From Thalia democratica (Eukaryota), in the NCBI GenBank assembly GCA_965202585.1, contig OZ241832.1, positions 65,100,001 to 65,164,000 of the forward strand: a stretch of DNA of 64,000 nt, written 5' to 3'. The notes under the pieces are model-generated. The model did no database searches and was not told the DNA's origin. It saw only the letters and a list, made by a program, of their open reading frames with translations. The number at the start of each line of letters is the position of its first letter. Within the stretch, counting starts at the first letter, position 1. Position numbers and translations under genes: made by a program. Positions 12,481-24,715 of the stretch are shown here, piece after piece.

Positions 12481-13264
12481 TAATCAAACAATAAACCAAG
12501 AATCTCTTTTGGAGTTTGTTAGTTTTACTTTCGATTCGACAACTTCACATCCACACTGAAAACAGACTTCACAGTCTGTCAAATTGTTTGGTGGTCCACC
12601 AATCAAAAGTATGTCTATAGCAATTTAATTGCGATATTCATTTTATGTCTAGTCTTAATTGTCGTTTTTAGCAGTTATTCGGCATACTGTCAAAAGCTTA
12701 TTTTGTATAAATGTTTTATTTTAAGTTTATAGTTTAATAACAACTTACACCTTCTATAAAGTATATAATTAAAAAACCTACATTTATTATAGCAAGCTCG
12801 GCATTGTTATTGTGATCTTCAGGTAATAGTTCTTGCATATAGACTCTTAAGCCTATGTTTACGATGCAAACTAAGTTTCCAAGATAACTTAGAATTTCTC
12901 TATTATTTTCTTCCACTTTTAAAGGACTCAAAGCCGTCAAAAATTGTTTAGGCTTGTTGATATACTGAAAATAATTTTTACATTTTACTTAACTTTAAAA
13001 CTTGTATTTAAAATAAACAAAGTTTAAACTATTTAATTATTATTTTAAGTACATCCAATGGCTCACCACTAAACGTGGAGTGAATACTTTTATCAAAAAT
13101 ATTACTGTATCAGCTTTCATCATTTCTTCAAAGGTGTTGTCTTCTAAATATCCACATAAAGCATGGTTTTTGATTCTCCTTTCATGCACAGATATAAAAC
13201 ATGTATCTGTATTAATAAAAATTCAATAAGATTTGTGGTATTGTTTTAATAATGTGAAAAGTTG

Positions 13265-14340
13265 TTAATGTTTATTTTTGAGAGCAAACAACGTATTTAA
13301 TAAAATTATTATTTTGATATCTTCTTTTATAATAAAAAATACGTACTACATGATCCTCATTTCAGTACAACTTTACGGACTTGGCTTCCTTGCTTGTTTT
13401 GTTTATACAAAAGGCAATCTCATCTTCTTCATCTGCTGGATTGTCTTTGTTAACAGGATGAATGCTATTATCAAACACTTGATGGTTTCTCATGTAGAGA
13501 ATTTCGTTATCACAAAAGGTTTGATCATGTTAAGAAAAGTAATAAATGACTTAAAATTATTACTAATAATCTATACTTCTTCGTGCTGCTTCTATAAAGC
13601 TTCCAATTTCCCAAACTTTTCTTCTTTTTGTGAAATCATTTCTAGCTTCTTCTCGATCCGGATGGCATAATTGGTGATTTTTAAGATAGGAAAAAAGGAC
13701 TTCTACAGCTTGGTTGCAGAAGCTTCAGTTTTACAATTATATTGTAGGGTGCAATTATTTTGCTTCTAAAATTACTTGTACAACTGTATGATATTTTAAT
13801 TGTGTTGCGGTTGAATATTTTATTATATAAGTGGTTTTCATCAAAGCACTGAAATTATAAAATGATCTCCAAATATGACCTACATAGGTTAGTTTCCAAC
13901 TTTATGAGAATGTTTTTTCAGTTGTTTGTAATTCAACAGAATCGCGAAAATACATTTTGCTGGTAATTGTATCTGAAAATCTGCAGTTAACTAATAATTT
14001 TGCTTCACCCAATACACCAACAATCTCATCTTCTAAACCAAAACAAGCTTAAAGCCCAGGCTTAGGCTCTGTTTAGTATTAATAAAACTTCTTTTAGGCA
14101 CAACTTCTTATTGTTTCTGGTTTAGATTTTTTTCCCCTTGTAGTATTTTCCAACTTAATTTGTTTTCATTTTTTGATTTTTGTGTTTATTTTGAAAATTC
14201 GGTTGCTTACTCGAACATGATTAAGTATTTGTTACTGATCGTTCTTACAATTTCAACAGTACTCCCAGAGCAACAAAATTTTTAAATTATCTGATTTCAT
14301 AGAAACAATCATAATATAATTGTTAAATTTTATTTGAACC
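13265..14340 (-). mobile_element. Degenerate coding remnant, possibly NOF-FB/MULE-like transposase (paralog ~52170-53240)
   Basis: Broken minus-strand frames. The right end carries a degraded FDATGSTV motif shared with 22620-22740. Confidence 0.35.
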
Positions 14341-15171
14341 GGATTTATTGCTTCCATACGCAAATCTTTGTATTTTATTGGTGCATTAAACGTTGTTCTG
14401 GACCTCAGAATTTTTGGTAAAAGGCAGCTTTTGTCTTGCAGAAAGCGGTATAAATTGTTGTAGTGTCTTTCCTGCCTCGAGGTTGACTCCCAGAAGACAT
14501 GCCTTTAAGGCCATTTCTGTAAAATAATATTTTTGTTAAGTTATTATTTGTGTTATATAATATGAAATCATATGGAGGGTGATTTTGTTTTACATGAACA
14601 TGTGTGACTTAGAAGTTAAGATTTTTTTATTGTGATTAAAAATAATATTTTTGCATAGCGTCACCTTTCTATGAAAGCTCACTTTTAAATAGGTTACTTT
14701 TGCAAGGTAATGTTTTGCACGCAACATCACTTTTACATGCAGGTTAATTAAATGTTTCTAGGTAGTACCAAATCTGTAACACAAAATTTTAAGCTAATTT
14801 ATATATATTTTTTATTTAATTACAGACAGTAATGAAAAATAGAAAACAGTAATTTCATTTTTAGAATGAAACATAACTCAACTCTTTTTTTTTACTTTAT
14901 ACTTTTTTTTAATAATAAACACCAACAAAAAAATACTCATTCAACTTAATACAATCAACTGTTAAAATTTTAATATTAATTTATTTTTCAAATTAAAACA
15001 ACCCACCATTCAATGTATATAAAATAAAAAAAATGTGTGGCTCATTGTCGCCAACTTCTGCTATGTCCTCGATTTCATCTGAAAAATACTACAAAAAAAA
15101 TCAATACTAAAATAGTTACACAATAAAACAGTAAATATTTACCTCACTTAATTAAAACACCTAAGGTAAGT

Positions 15172-15760
15172 TCACAGGTCATTTCTTTTCTTAGATATAT
15201 CTTTAGTTTCTAAATTTAATTGGTGGTTCCTTGAAATTTGTTTGGCAAGTTCACAAGCAAAGACACCACAGCTGTTACAGTCTGTTTGCTGAGGTGTCTC
15301 AGGATATTCAGGCCCATTCACATGCTGGTATATTGGAAATAAAATTAGTGGTTCTGATAAACTTCCTGACATCATCGCACAACAACCATTATAATCAAGA
15401 CCACAATTTTTGATAAAAATATTATGATTCTATCTCTAACATTAACAACTGCAAAGCCCCAGTGGCCATCATTTTTAGTTCTTGCAAAGTTTAAGGCAAA
15501 CAAAATTAAATCCAATCCTTTAAAGACACTTAACTTTATCAAGGCTGTAAGGAACACTTAATTTTTGGTTGTTTTTAAATGTTTGATAGTTAACGGAATC
15601 TTCAAAAAAAATATTTATTTTACTGCTATCTGGAACTAATTGAAAATATGCATTAATAACCTCGTCGTTTAACCACTTTCAGTGTTTTAATACCTTTGCC
15701 TGTCATTGTGCAGTCTTGAATTTATTTTATTTTACAATTTTTTATTCATAGTTATTTGAT
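15172..15760 (-). pseudogene. Ulp1/SENP (peptidase C48) protease domain remnant, probably transposon-borne
   Basis: WLNDEVINAYFQL, GHWGFAVVNVRDRII (catalytic His) and PQQTDCNSCGVFAC (oxyanion Gln and catalytic Cys) occur in the correct order with frameshifts. Confidence 0.85.
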
Positions 15761-16554
15761 AGATTTGTTCTAAATAATAAAAGTGTTTAATAGTTTGGGA
15801 AATTTTGAAATAGTTATGGTCGTTGTGTAAACTTTTATAAGTTGTTTCAGGTGTTTCACTTATGGCAGGATAAAATTTATCAGACACAGACTTCACCTTA
15901 GGGGTCGAAAAATAAATAGATTTCTTATTTTTTACACTCTGTTCATAGCATCTTTTTTTGCTCCAACGTTCTTGAACAACATTGAAGCTAATGCTGTCTA
16001 GCTACGTTTTATTTTGCTGATGGTAATTGCATTATTTAAACAAATCAGTCTTTCTTTTCTTCTGTCACTAAGAACAGAGTGTAACTTTTTAATCAAATCA
16101 GTCATACTATATCTCTTATGTATCTGTGTTTGAAAATTCATTTAAGCTATCGCCTTGGCTTTCATTATCAATATCATTTAAAAAAGAAAAATTTAAATTT
16201 GGATTTTCAATTTTGGAGTTTAGTACATTTAAACTATTTGTAAAAAGTTCAGATTGATATTCTGAAAAAAAAACAACAATATGAAAAAAAAGTTCACTAA
16301 GTTGTTTAAAATTCTTTATCATTCACAGAGAAACTTATTGAAGCTGTTTCTGTTTGAATGAATTAAACTCCAGTTTTATCTGCAGATTTTTTAGTTCGAT
16401 TTTATTTGGAGAATGTAACATGGGTGTTGCAATGCAAGATTTCATTTGTCTTCTCATCAAATGCTCCTTAAAGTTTTTTTTGGATCCTTAGACTGTTCCG
16501 TCTTTGTAAGAACGAATGGTTTAATCTTTTTTACATAGGATGTCCACATTTTAC

Positions 16555-16615
16555 ACTTTGGAAGACCCATAAGACTCCCAATGGCAACACCATAAGTTTG
16601 TCTATAAATACATTT
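16555..16615 (-). mobile_element. Penelope-like RT motif fragment
   Basis: RQTYGVAIGSLMG resembles the PLE RT motif Q..G.AMGSP.G. Confidence 0.5.
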
Positions 16616-16669
16616 GGTACTTTATTTTTGCAAGACTAAAAATTAGTCTTATCGTATTGTTTATTTAGG

Positions 16670-16920
16670 TAGTCTCTTCTATCGGATTTGACAATCGCGA
16701 TTTTTTCAAGCATACAAGCACAACAAATATTGTGCGGGTTTTCAGCTTTACCAATGTGATAAATTATTTCCCAGTATATTTTAAAGTTAGTGTACTTATT
16801 ATTAAGTTTGCAGATGTATTTTTTGATTTTTCTGTGCCGTTTTCTTTGTAAATTTTAAACTCACTGATGTGGTTGTGTTAACTTTGTTTTTGAGTTTGCC
16901 ACCCGTAGAGCAATAGTTTA
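16670..16920 (-). mobile_element. Penelope-like (family B) GIY-YIG endonuclease C-terminal fragment
   Basis: NHISEFK...KYICKLNNK..NFKIYWEII...CCACMLEKIAIVK...YLNK resembles the PLE consensus KYIWxLK..I.W.I...C.LC..EK..I...LLNK. Confidence 0.6.
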
Positions 16921-17129
16921 TTAAATTGTTTACCAAGCTGATTTTTGTTTTATAAAAATTCATTGAGCTTTAATTTCAGCTTGGTGGCAGCCTCTTTAAA
17001 CATGTCTCCTTTCCACTCTGGGTATTCCCCTTTTTGTGGCAGCCATGGTTTACATCCTTGCTGAGCAGCTTCTTTTTCGTCATCCCGTTATACCATGTGT
17101 CATCATCTGAGTTTGAAATTTTTTTTAAG

Positions 17130-17700
17130 TTTAATACTAATTATATTTAAAAAGAAATTTTTTGAGTAGTTTGTAAAACAAGTAGTTACTCGCATGGTTT
17201 GCTGCATTTTGGACACAGAGCTCCTTTTGGCAAAACTCTGTGTTCTTGAAGAAACTTTCTGGAGAATTTATTGTCTTCTCTTTGGGCGTCAAATAAAATA
17301 TTCTTATTAAGGGGTTGTCTATACAAAAACAGTTCATAATAATATTTATACATCAACTCTAAAGCTTCTTACTAATTAATGTTTATCTTTATAAGTTTAG
17401 AGAAGTTGTTTGTTTTGGTACTATGTTACCAAGCGATGTTTTTAATTTTTATAAATTAATGTAGTAATATAAACTCTGACCTATCAAAAGTCTTATCAAC
17501 ATCGATAAGACATTTATAATTTGAATTGGTAACAAGCAAAACAGGTCATGTAGACTATCCTTAAAATATAATACAAAATAAGGCAATTCAATTTTACTTT
17601 TGTTTACAATGTATATTTGTACAAAGTCAACATTACCAGCTTTTTACTTTGATCACAGATTTCTTTGACCATATTTCTGCCAACCGAATGGTTTTTTTAG
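17130..17700 (-). mobile_element. MULE family 2 fragment (N-terminal piece and first-Asp region)
   Basis: Paralog of 6130-6700. Contains CLIDVDKTFDRSEFYITTL. Confidence 0.75.
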
Positions 17701-17949
17701 TTTTGTTTGTATGATAATACATATTATATTTAGTAATAAACTTATCCAAAATAAGATTTTTCCGGAAGAACTTTATAAAAACACCTGTTTGTTTATTGAG
17801 AATTATTTTTTTAGTAGCATTAAGGTTAAGAGGTTAAAACTGCATCAATTACTCTCTAAAATGAAACAAGTTTGTCTGCCATAGGTTGAAGGTATCAAAA
17901 TCCACTTACCACATGGATATTAATATTTTTGATGATAGTAATTGTAAGT

Positions 17950-18860
17950 CATGTTTGCACAATCTCCTTAGTCTTATTGACTCTCCAAATACAATTGGTT
18001 TGCAAAGGGAGCCTGGATGGTGTGACTTTCCATTTACAAATACACAATATTTTGCTGTCGGTTTTATATAGTTTTTTACATAAAATCTGCCTTTTGCTGT
18101 TTAATCAATGACGTGGTTGACATCCAAAATATATCAGTTTTACAGTAGTTTATTGCAACATTTTTTATAGGGCTTTGGAGCATGGTGGTAATTCTAGATA
18201 AGAAAGTGTTGCCTAAAACCCTAATCATTCTTTTTGGTGTTTCTCTTATGTTTTTAGTTTTAACTTGTTCTGAGTTTTATTTATGAGTTTTAAATATTGG
18301 GTAAATTTGTCCTAGGTTATAATTTTTTAAATATTTAGCTTTTGGACCTGTTATTTTTGACAGTATTTCACTTTTGTTTATTTTTTCCAATTGTTTGAAA
18401 TAATATATTTTCATCTATTCAATAACCTTCATCACTTATAAAAACAGTTGTATATTTACCTTCTGCTTCACTATCAGTATTTGAAAGTGTTTGTCAGTCA
18501 ATTAGGTAAAATATTGTTTACTACCACATTTTTTACTTGAATTTTTCATAATTTGGACAGTTTTCAAATCTAATACTCCTGACTTTTTTTATTTATGACA
18601 TGTTGCTGTCATTTTGAACTTAATTTTGGCTTTTAATGATTTTCAATTCAAGCATAGTTTGAATTAATCAACACGATTCTAGTTGATAAAATTTATTTTA
18701 ACCATATATTTTATACTTGAAAAACTCCTTATGCCTGCAAAATTTCTTTTTGATTTGAAGTATTTATGATACTGTTGGTAAATTTCAACATTTTTTATTT
18801 CTTTATTGTCATTAACATTTTTTTTTAATGTTGTAACATACTACAGCTATCATCTGGTGC
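17950..18860 (-). mobile_element. Penelope-like family A fragment (third copy)
   Basis: Paralog of 7040-7950 and 11140-12050, with the same RT N-terminal and thumb motifs. Confidence 0.8.
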
Positions 18861-19699
18861 TCCAAAAAATTATTTAAAATTCTGCTTAAGACGTAGTCAA
18901 ACCATATATAATGACTTAAATTGTCTTATACTTAAAGGAAAAGAATTTGGAAGCTCATCCCTTCTGAGTTAAAAGATATTTTAGGGGTTACACCAGTTTG
19001 TGGAGAAATTAAAGAAATATTTTATTTTTGAAAAGATCTTCAAGCTCATACCTAGGAGTTGAAGGAATACTTAAACACCTTCTTTTTGAATTTTTCTGGC
19101 ATTGCTGATGTTCTACCTTCTAAAAAAGATAAAGTTCAAAATCTATAAAAAATGTTCGATACATACATCTAATAACACCTAAGTTTTTATTCACAAATGC
19201 AAGTTTTGTTTTTAAGGTTATGTAATGTGACTGTGCCCATCACCATAGCACTTACAGGATTACAAAAGTTGATGCATCCACAGCTCCATCAGTGGCATTT
19301 TCAACATTGCTAACAACTTTACAACACTTTTCACTAACTTTACTGAAATTAAAAGTTGATGCATCCACAAGTAATCACAAGAATTGAAGATTTTTCAGGA
19401 CTTTTCAATATCTATAAACTGAATGTCTACACTCTTCTTAATCTTTTTAACCACTTCCAAAGGTTTTAAAGTGCATGATCCTGTGATAGTCTTGATTTTA
19501 GCATTTGCGCTTTCTGCTGAAATGTTGGTGAGTGGTTTTTTATTTGGGAGTTTGAAAATAAATAGTTTGAAATAAGAAGGAGTTAATTAAATATTATGAG
19601 ATGCGACACTGTTCATCCTGGTAACATAGTCCACTGACATGATCCGTAATTGGTTTTATTTTGGTCCACTTTGAAATAGCAATTAGTAAACTTTAAAAT

Positions 19700-19980
19700 G
19701 TTTGTCTTGGAAGTTCACTACTTTAATATTATTGGAAGGAAAATTGAGGAAACAAAGCTAAAAAAATTCTATTTTACAACTATTATCACGTCATTATGGC
19801 ATTACTTTTAGTTACAAAGTTATTTTCCTGGTGGCTGTTTATAACCAGGCAGTATTTACCAGTATTGTACTATTTTTATTACTTTAGCCCAAATTGTAAT
19901 ATCTCTATCAACAACCTGCTGTGATTCTAACCATCTTGTGTCAAAAAATAGTAAAGGAATTGTTCTTTTAAGCAGTTTCA
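19700..19980 (-). mobile_element. hAT-like transposase fragment (paralog ~54620-54900)
   Basis: PLLFFDTRWLESQQVVDR.ITIWAKVIKIVQYW..LP..KQP...D..IVVKLNFFSFV resembles the P.xF..TRW.E region of invertebrate hAT-related transposases. Confidence 0.55.
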
Positions 19981-20149
19981 TTTACATTATATCTTCAAGT
20001 TTCACAACTTTTATTTTTATAAATTATCTTATTTCCAATTTCGCATTCAATCCAATACATTGTTGTAGACTTCATATCTGTCCAAGGTTTTTTTATGTAA
20101 TAACTTGGGGTGGTTTCTCCTAACAACTCTTTCTCTTTTATTTTATTGA

Positions 20150-20790
20150 ATCTTTTGTATTCTTCTTCTACAACTTTTTAGATTTTGTTGTTAAAGTTAG
20201 TATTAGAAAAATTACAGCTTGAATTTTTCTGATATAAGTTTAAATTGCAATAATCTGCATATTCATTCTTGTGATACATTCCAGTGTATAAATATATCTT
20301 CATACAGAGTTTAAGAATTGAATTGTCTTTTTATTTATACTTTTTGTAAAAATTAATGTTTGATTTTATTAAATTGTAAGTTATGTTCTTGCTTATATGT
20401 AGATAGCATCTAAACTTTAAACTGTCAGAAATATTTTGTATACAGAGTTTATTAGAGCTTGTTCTCCATCTTTCACAAATGATAGTTTAGAAAAATCAAA
20501 TTCAGGAAATAACTTTGTGTTTATATTTGTTTTAATGAAGTTGAAAAAATGATCATAGTCCTCTTCTTAAGCATTTTTATGTAGAAAACATGGACCTAAA
20601 AACACAGGATTAGAATTATTATCTCCCAAGATAACTTTGTTGTTCTTAAAATTCTTACGAAGTGTGCTCCTAAGTTGAAATTTCTGTCTACACTTCAACA
20701 GATCTAAGATCTTTTGAACGAGTTACCATGTTCAGAAACTGATCTTTTGTAACAAGGACAATAGGAGAAACGTTATTATGTACATTATTA
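20150..20790 (-). mobile_element. Mutator/MULE transposase family 1 catalytic-core fragment
   Basis: VDRNFNLGAHFV (first Asp), PVFLGPCFLH, and FVKDGE.ALINSVYKIF.DSLKFRCYLHISKN (second Asp plus CxxH). Confidence 0.85.
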
Positions 20791-21974
20791 AATACCAGGT
20801 TATTAAATTTTACTATTTATTTACTATAACCAAATTTTTAACACTTATTATAACAAATGTAATATTTCCAATGTTTCGTTTATGGCAGTATTGTTCACAT
20901 TGCATAAATAAAAAATTGAAATAATATATTTTGTAATATATTGAAATAAATAATATATGTTCAGTTTGCTATTTAGTGTTGTATTGTGTGTTGCTATACG
21001 TTTTTTCAGCTGATTGACACTTAGTCCAATGTATATTTTTGATGAATTGTCTGTTTTTATTGTTGCCTGGTAAATTACATTTTCTGCCCTACATTCTCCT
21101 TCTTACAGGGGGTATGTTTGTTTCTTTCTGCAGATTTTCATTAACAAAAATAAGTACACATAACTTGTTTTTCTAAAAGCTGTTCAAAAATTTAGATAAT
21201 TTTCTTTTTAACTTCGTTAACAGTTATAAAGATAGTTTTTTTTTCTCTAGAAGCTGCTCTTTGAAATATTCTAGCTTTTGTAGTGTCAGACATTACAACT
21301 TTTTCAATGAGATTAACTGCTTTACTACAAAAAAAAAACGACCTACAATTGTGAATAAACACTTTTTATTGTATGTTCAGCTACAGTAAAAGATTATTTT
21401 TCTACATTAAAGTATGTGCTACATCTTTTGTTTTAAAAATTTAAGTTTTGAAAACTGAAAAACATATAAATTATTATAACTATAAACTACCTTGCAGTGA
21501 CTTTTAGTACACCTATAGTTTTTTATTCCTTGAAGGATTGGTCCTATAATGTGTAAGAAGGTGCCATTTGAATATTATTTTGTTGTGTTTGCCTACAGTA
21601 GGCACTTCAGTAAAGAAATCACTCATTTAAAGTATTTACTGCAAATTGACTCTATAAAAGGGTAAATACTGAAATTTGTAATGTATTATTATTTTTTATT
21701 AAGGCTATTATTTTAAACTAACATCAAATCATACATCCAGCTTACTAAAATCACTTTTATTATTTTCCATAATAATAAGATAGCAAAAAGTTTGTAACAC
21801 TTAAAATTTGTTTATTTTTAAACATTTGTTTATAAGCTGTCCAATAATTTTACTGAGCTCATGTTTTGTAAAAGTTTTTCTCACTTATTTTTCAACATGT
21901 AAGGCTTTTTGCATTATAGTTGTGGAAAAAGCCCACTGCCACGTCAAAATTGTCAGATGATTTTGTCCAGATAA

Positions 21975-22545
21975 ATTTTTTCCAATATTAGTTTTTACTG
22001 AATTGCTAAAAGAAGGGTTGTACCAGATTACATTTCTTTTTCTTTTATGTTTTTTATTAGTTTTAGGTTGTTGCTGAGGTTTTTCGAATTCTCTCAAAAA
22101 TATTTTTCGAATAATCTAAAAGAATTTCTTCTTCACTATATTGTTTGTTTAAGCGTCGATTAATTATCTTTGAAATTTGTTTTCTGATATTTTAGGATGG
22201 CTTGATTGTTTGTTAACAAACATAATTTTTGCGTTTTGCTTTTTATAAGGCATAGAAGAGATATCATTCAACTTAGATTAACATCTAGGAAGTCATTTAT
22301 CACTAGTGGCAATTCCACAGTAACCCCATAGATTTGGAGAAGTCATGAGTTTGTTTTTTAGCCTTTCAACATTAAAGCCAGAAGATTTATATAATACAGC
22401 TAGACCATCGTCTCTGTACAACCCAACTCTATTTAAACCAAAGATATCTTTTGTTCTATATTTAACCAAAGATGTTTTATTTATTTTTGTTCTATATTTG
22501 GGCAATCTTTTAAACTTATTTAACCAAATCTGAAGAGACTCTGTA
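21975..22545 (-). mobile_element. Penelope-like family B reverse transcriptase fragment
   Basis: VGLYRDDGLAV (catalytic YxDD), DFLDVNL...PYKKQNAKIMFVNKQSSHPKNI (thumb) and RKRNVIWYNPSFSNSVKTNIGK. Confidence 0.9.
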
Positions 22546-22559
22546 GTTAGATCATCTGT

Positions 22560-22740
22560 AGAGTGTTCAGTAAATGGGAGAACTGAGTTTGAATTACTCA
22601 GAAATGATGAAATATTTGTATTTATTTTACACATTGCAACAGTACTCCCAGTAGCATCGAAACTTATTGATATAAAATTATCTGATTTCCTAATAGAAAG
22701 CAAAATTTTCATTGCCTCACTTTTCTGGCTAACCATGGTA
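22560..22740 (-). mobile_element. NOF-FB/MULE-like transposase first-Asp fragment
   Basis: ISISFDATGSTV. Degraded copies lie at ~14250-14340 and ~53170-53270. Confidence 0.45.
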
Positions 22741-24529
22741 ATGGACTTTCTAAGTTTTTAAACTGGCTAGTTTTGAGAATTATTTTTGTAGTAGTTTTTA
22801 AAGAACTCATCATATTTGCACTCACTACGTTGATTAGCAATTTTTTCTGAAATTTACCCGGCCTTGAATGCTTACATGTTTTATAAAATAAAGCGATTTT
22901 CGTGTAAATAATATAAATATTTTCGTTACCTTGAAACTTGATTGACCTTGAGGCATAAAAAACCCATAGACAAGTACTTATTACATTTTATTTTTCATAG
23001 TAGTTGTTTTTTGGCTGATCGAGTTTGACGTAAAAGTTGTCTAAACACTACAATAAAACAATTAAAAAACACCTCTTTAATAAGTTTTTATTTTATTGAA
23101 TATCCAGATACTTCTACCACTGTTTGGGAGAATATTAATACAACGAAAGTTGCTTTTAATTATATTTAGTTTCTTTTTTAATCACATCGAAACATACCAA
23201 ATAAAAATAAATAAATTTAATAAATTCATTGTGTTTATGAACATACTTTAATGACATAACAAACAAATTTTAATCTTACTTGTTTGTATATACATATTAT
23301 GATAAATAATTACTGGTTAGTCAATATGCTATTGTAAGTTTCTTAAAATAATTTACATGAGCACTAAAAAAGCTTCTTAGAAAAAGAAGACAAAGATTAT
23401 TCTTAATAATCTTTGTAATTCTTTATAATCATAGTATGTATATAACACAGACTAAAATCTTAAAACATAACTTACAAAACAATAAATCAAAATTACTGAT
23501 TAAACAAGGTATTCTTGTAAGTTCCTTTAGAGAATTTTGAGCATTAAAAAAGCTTCTTAGAAAACAAATGACAATTAATTCTTTGCAATCACTGTAATTC
23601 AGTCACTTTATTGGCATCTATATAATATAGACTAAAATCTTCAAGCGTAACTTTTAAAAAAAAAATTCTAAATAAATAATTCTAAAAAAAATTCTAAATA
23701 ATAGGTAAAATAATAATAATGACAACTATGACATAACACATTTATTTTTTAAAGTTACACATTAAGATCGATAGAAACTAAATCTATTTTAATTAATAAA
23801 GTTGCATGAAATATTTTAAAGACGACGTCTACTTTTACTGTTTTACTTTTTGTTTAAATTAGTTTGAAACATTTAAAACATATATACATGTTTTTTTAGA
23901 TTGTTTAATTGGTTTGGTTCGTGTACTTGAGAAACTAAGAACTTAACTAATAAGTTTTATTTTTATTAAGTATTTTACGTTAGTTTATTACTATAATAAT
24001 TTCATTAAGATATTAAAACAAAAATTGCTAGTACTTAAACAAACTAAAAAACATCCTTTGATTTGTTCACACTTTTATTAAAAACGACTTCAACGTTTCA
24101 GTTGAAGTAAAATTAAACTTTCAAAGAAAGTATTAATAAAGTAAACGATGACTTACTAACACAACTATAAATACTTGCTAGATCTGAATTAAGATTGAGG
24201 TTTTTATTCACTTTACAGCAGTCTTAATTTTATTTGAAAAGTATCTAGATCACAGACATATTCTTCTGACATTAAAATAAAGAAATAACACAAACTGGTT
24301 TTTTTGACGTTTTATTAAGTAAATTGACATAAAATTTAAATTCCTAATATTGTACTTAAACAGTTAAAAATCATCACTTTAAAAGTTTTAACTTAATTTA
24401 AAAACAAAATATTTTATTTACTGATTAAAAGCATATTCATTCAAAATAAAAGCTCAAATATTTATACAGCCAAGATTGCATTGTATTATACTTTTAGTTT
24501 CTTTTTAATTAAAACGAAACAAACTATTT

Positions 24530-24715
24530 CAAAATAAATTAAGTAATACATACATCGTTTTTTGAGCATACTTTAGTGACGTAATAAACAAACGTTAAAG
24601 TATATCATTTGTATATATATATATTAAGATAAAACAACTGATGAATCAAGGTGCTCTTGTAAGTTCCTTTGAAGAATTTGCTTGAGCGCAAAAAACATTT
24701 CTAAGAAATAAAAAG
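24530..24715 (+). promoter_or_regulatory. ~150-200 bp repeated element with CRE/ATF-like TGACGTAA core and (TA)n
   Basis: TTTAGTGACGTAATAAACAAAC with its core at 24577-24584. Homologs have cores at 60208-60215 and 61137-61144, and an inverted one at 26060-26067. Regulatory function is inferred. Confidence 0.35.
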
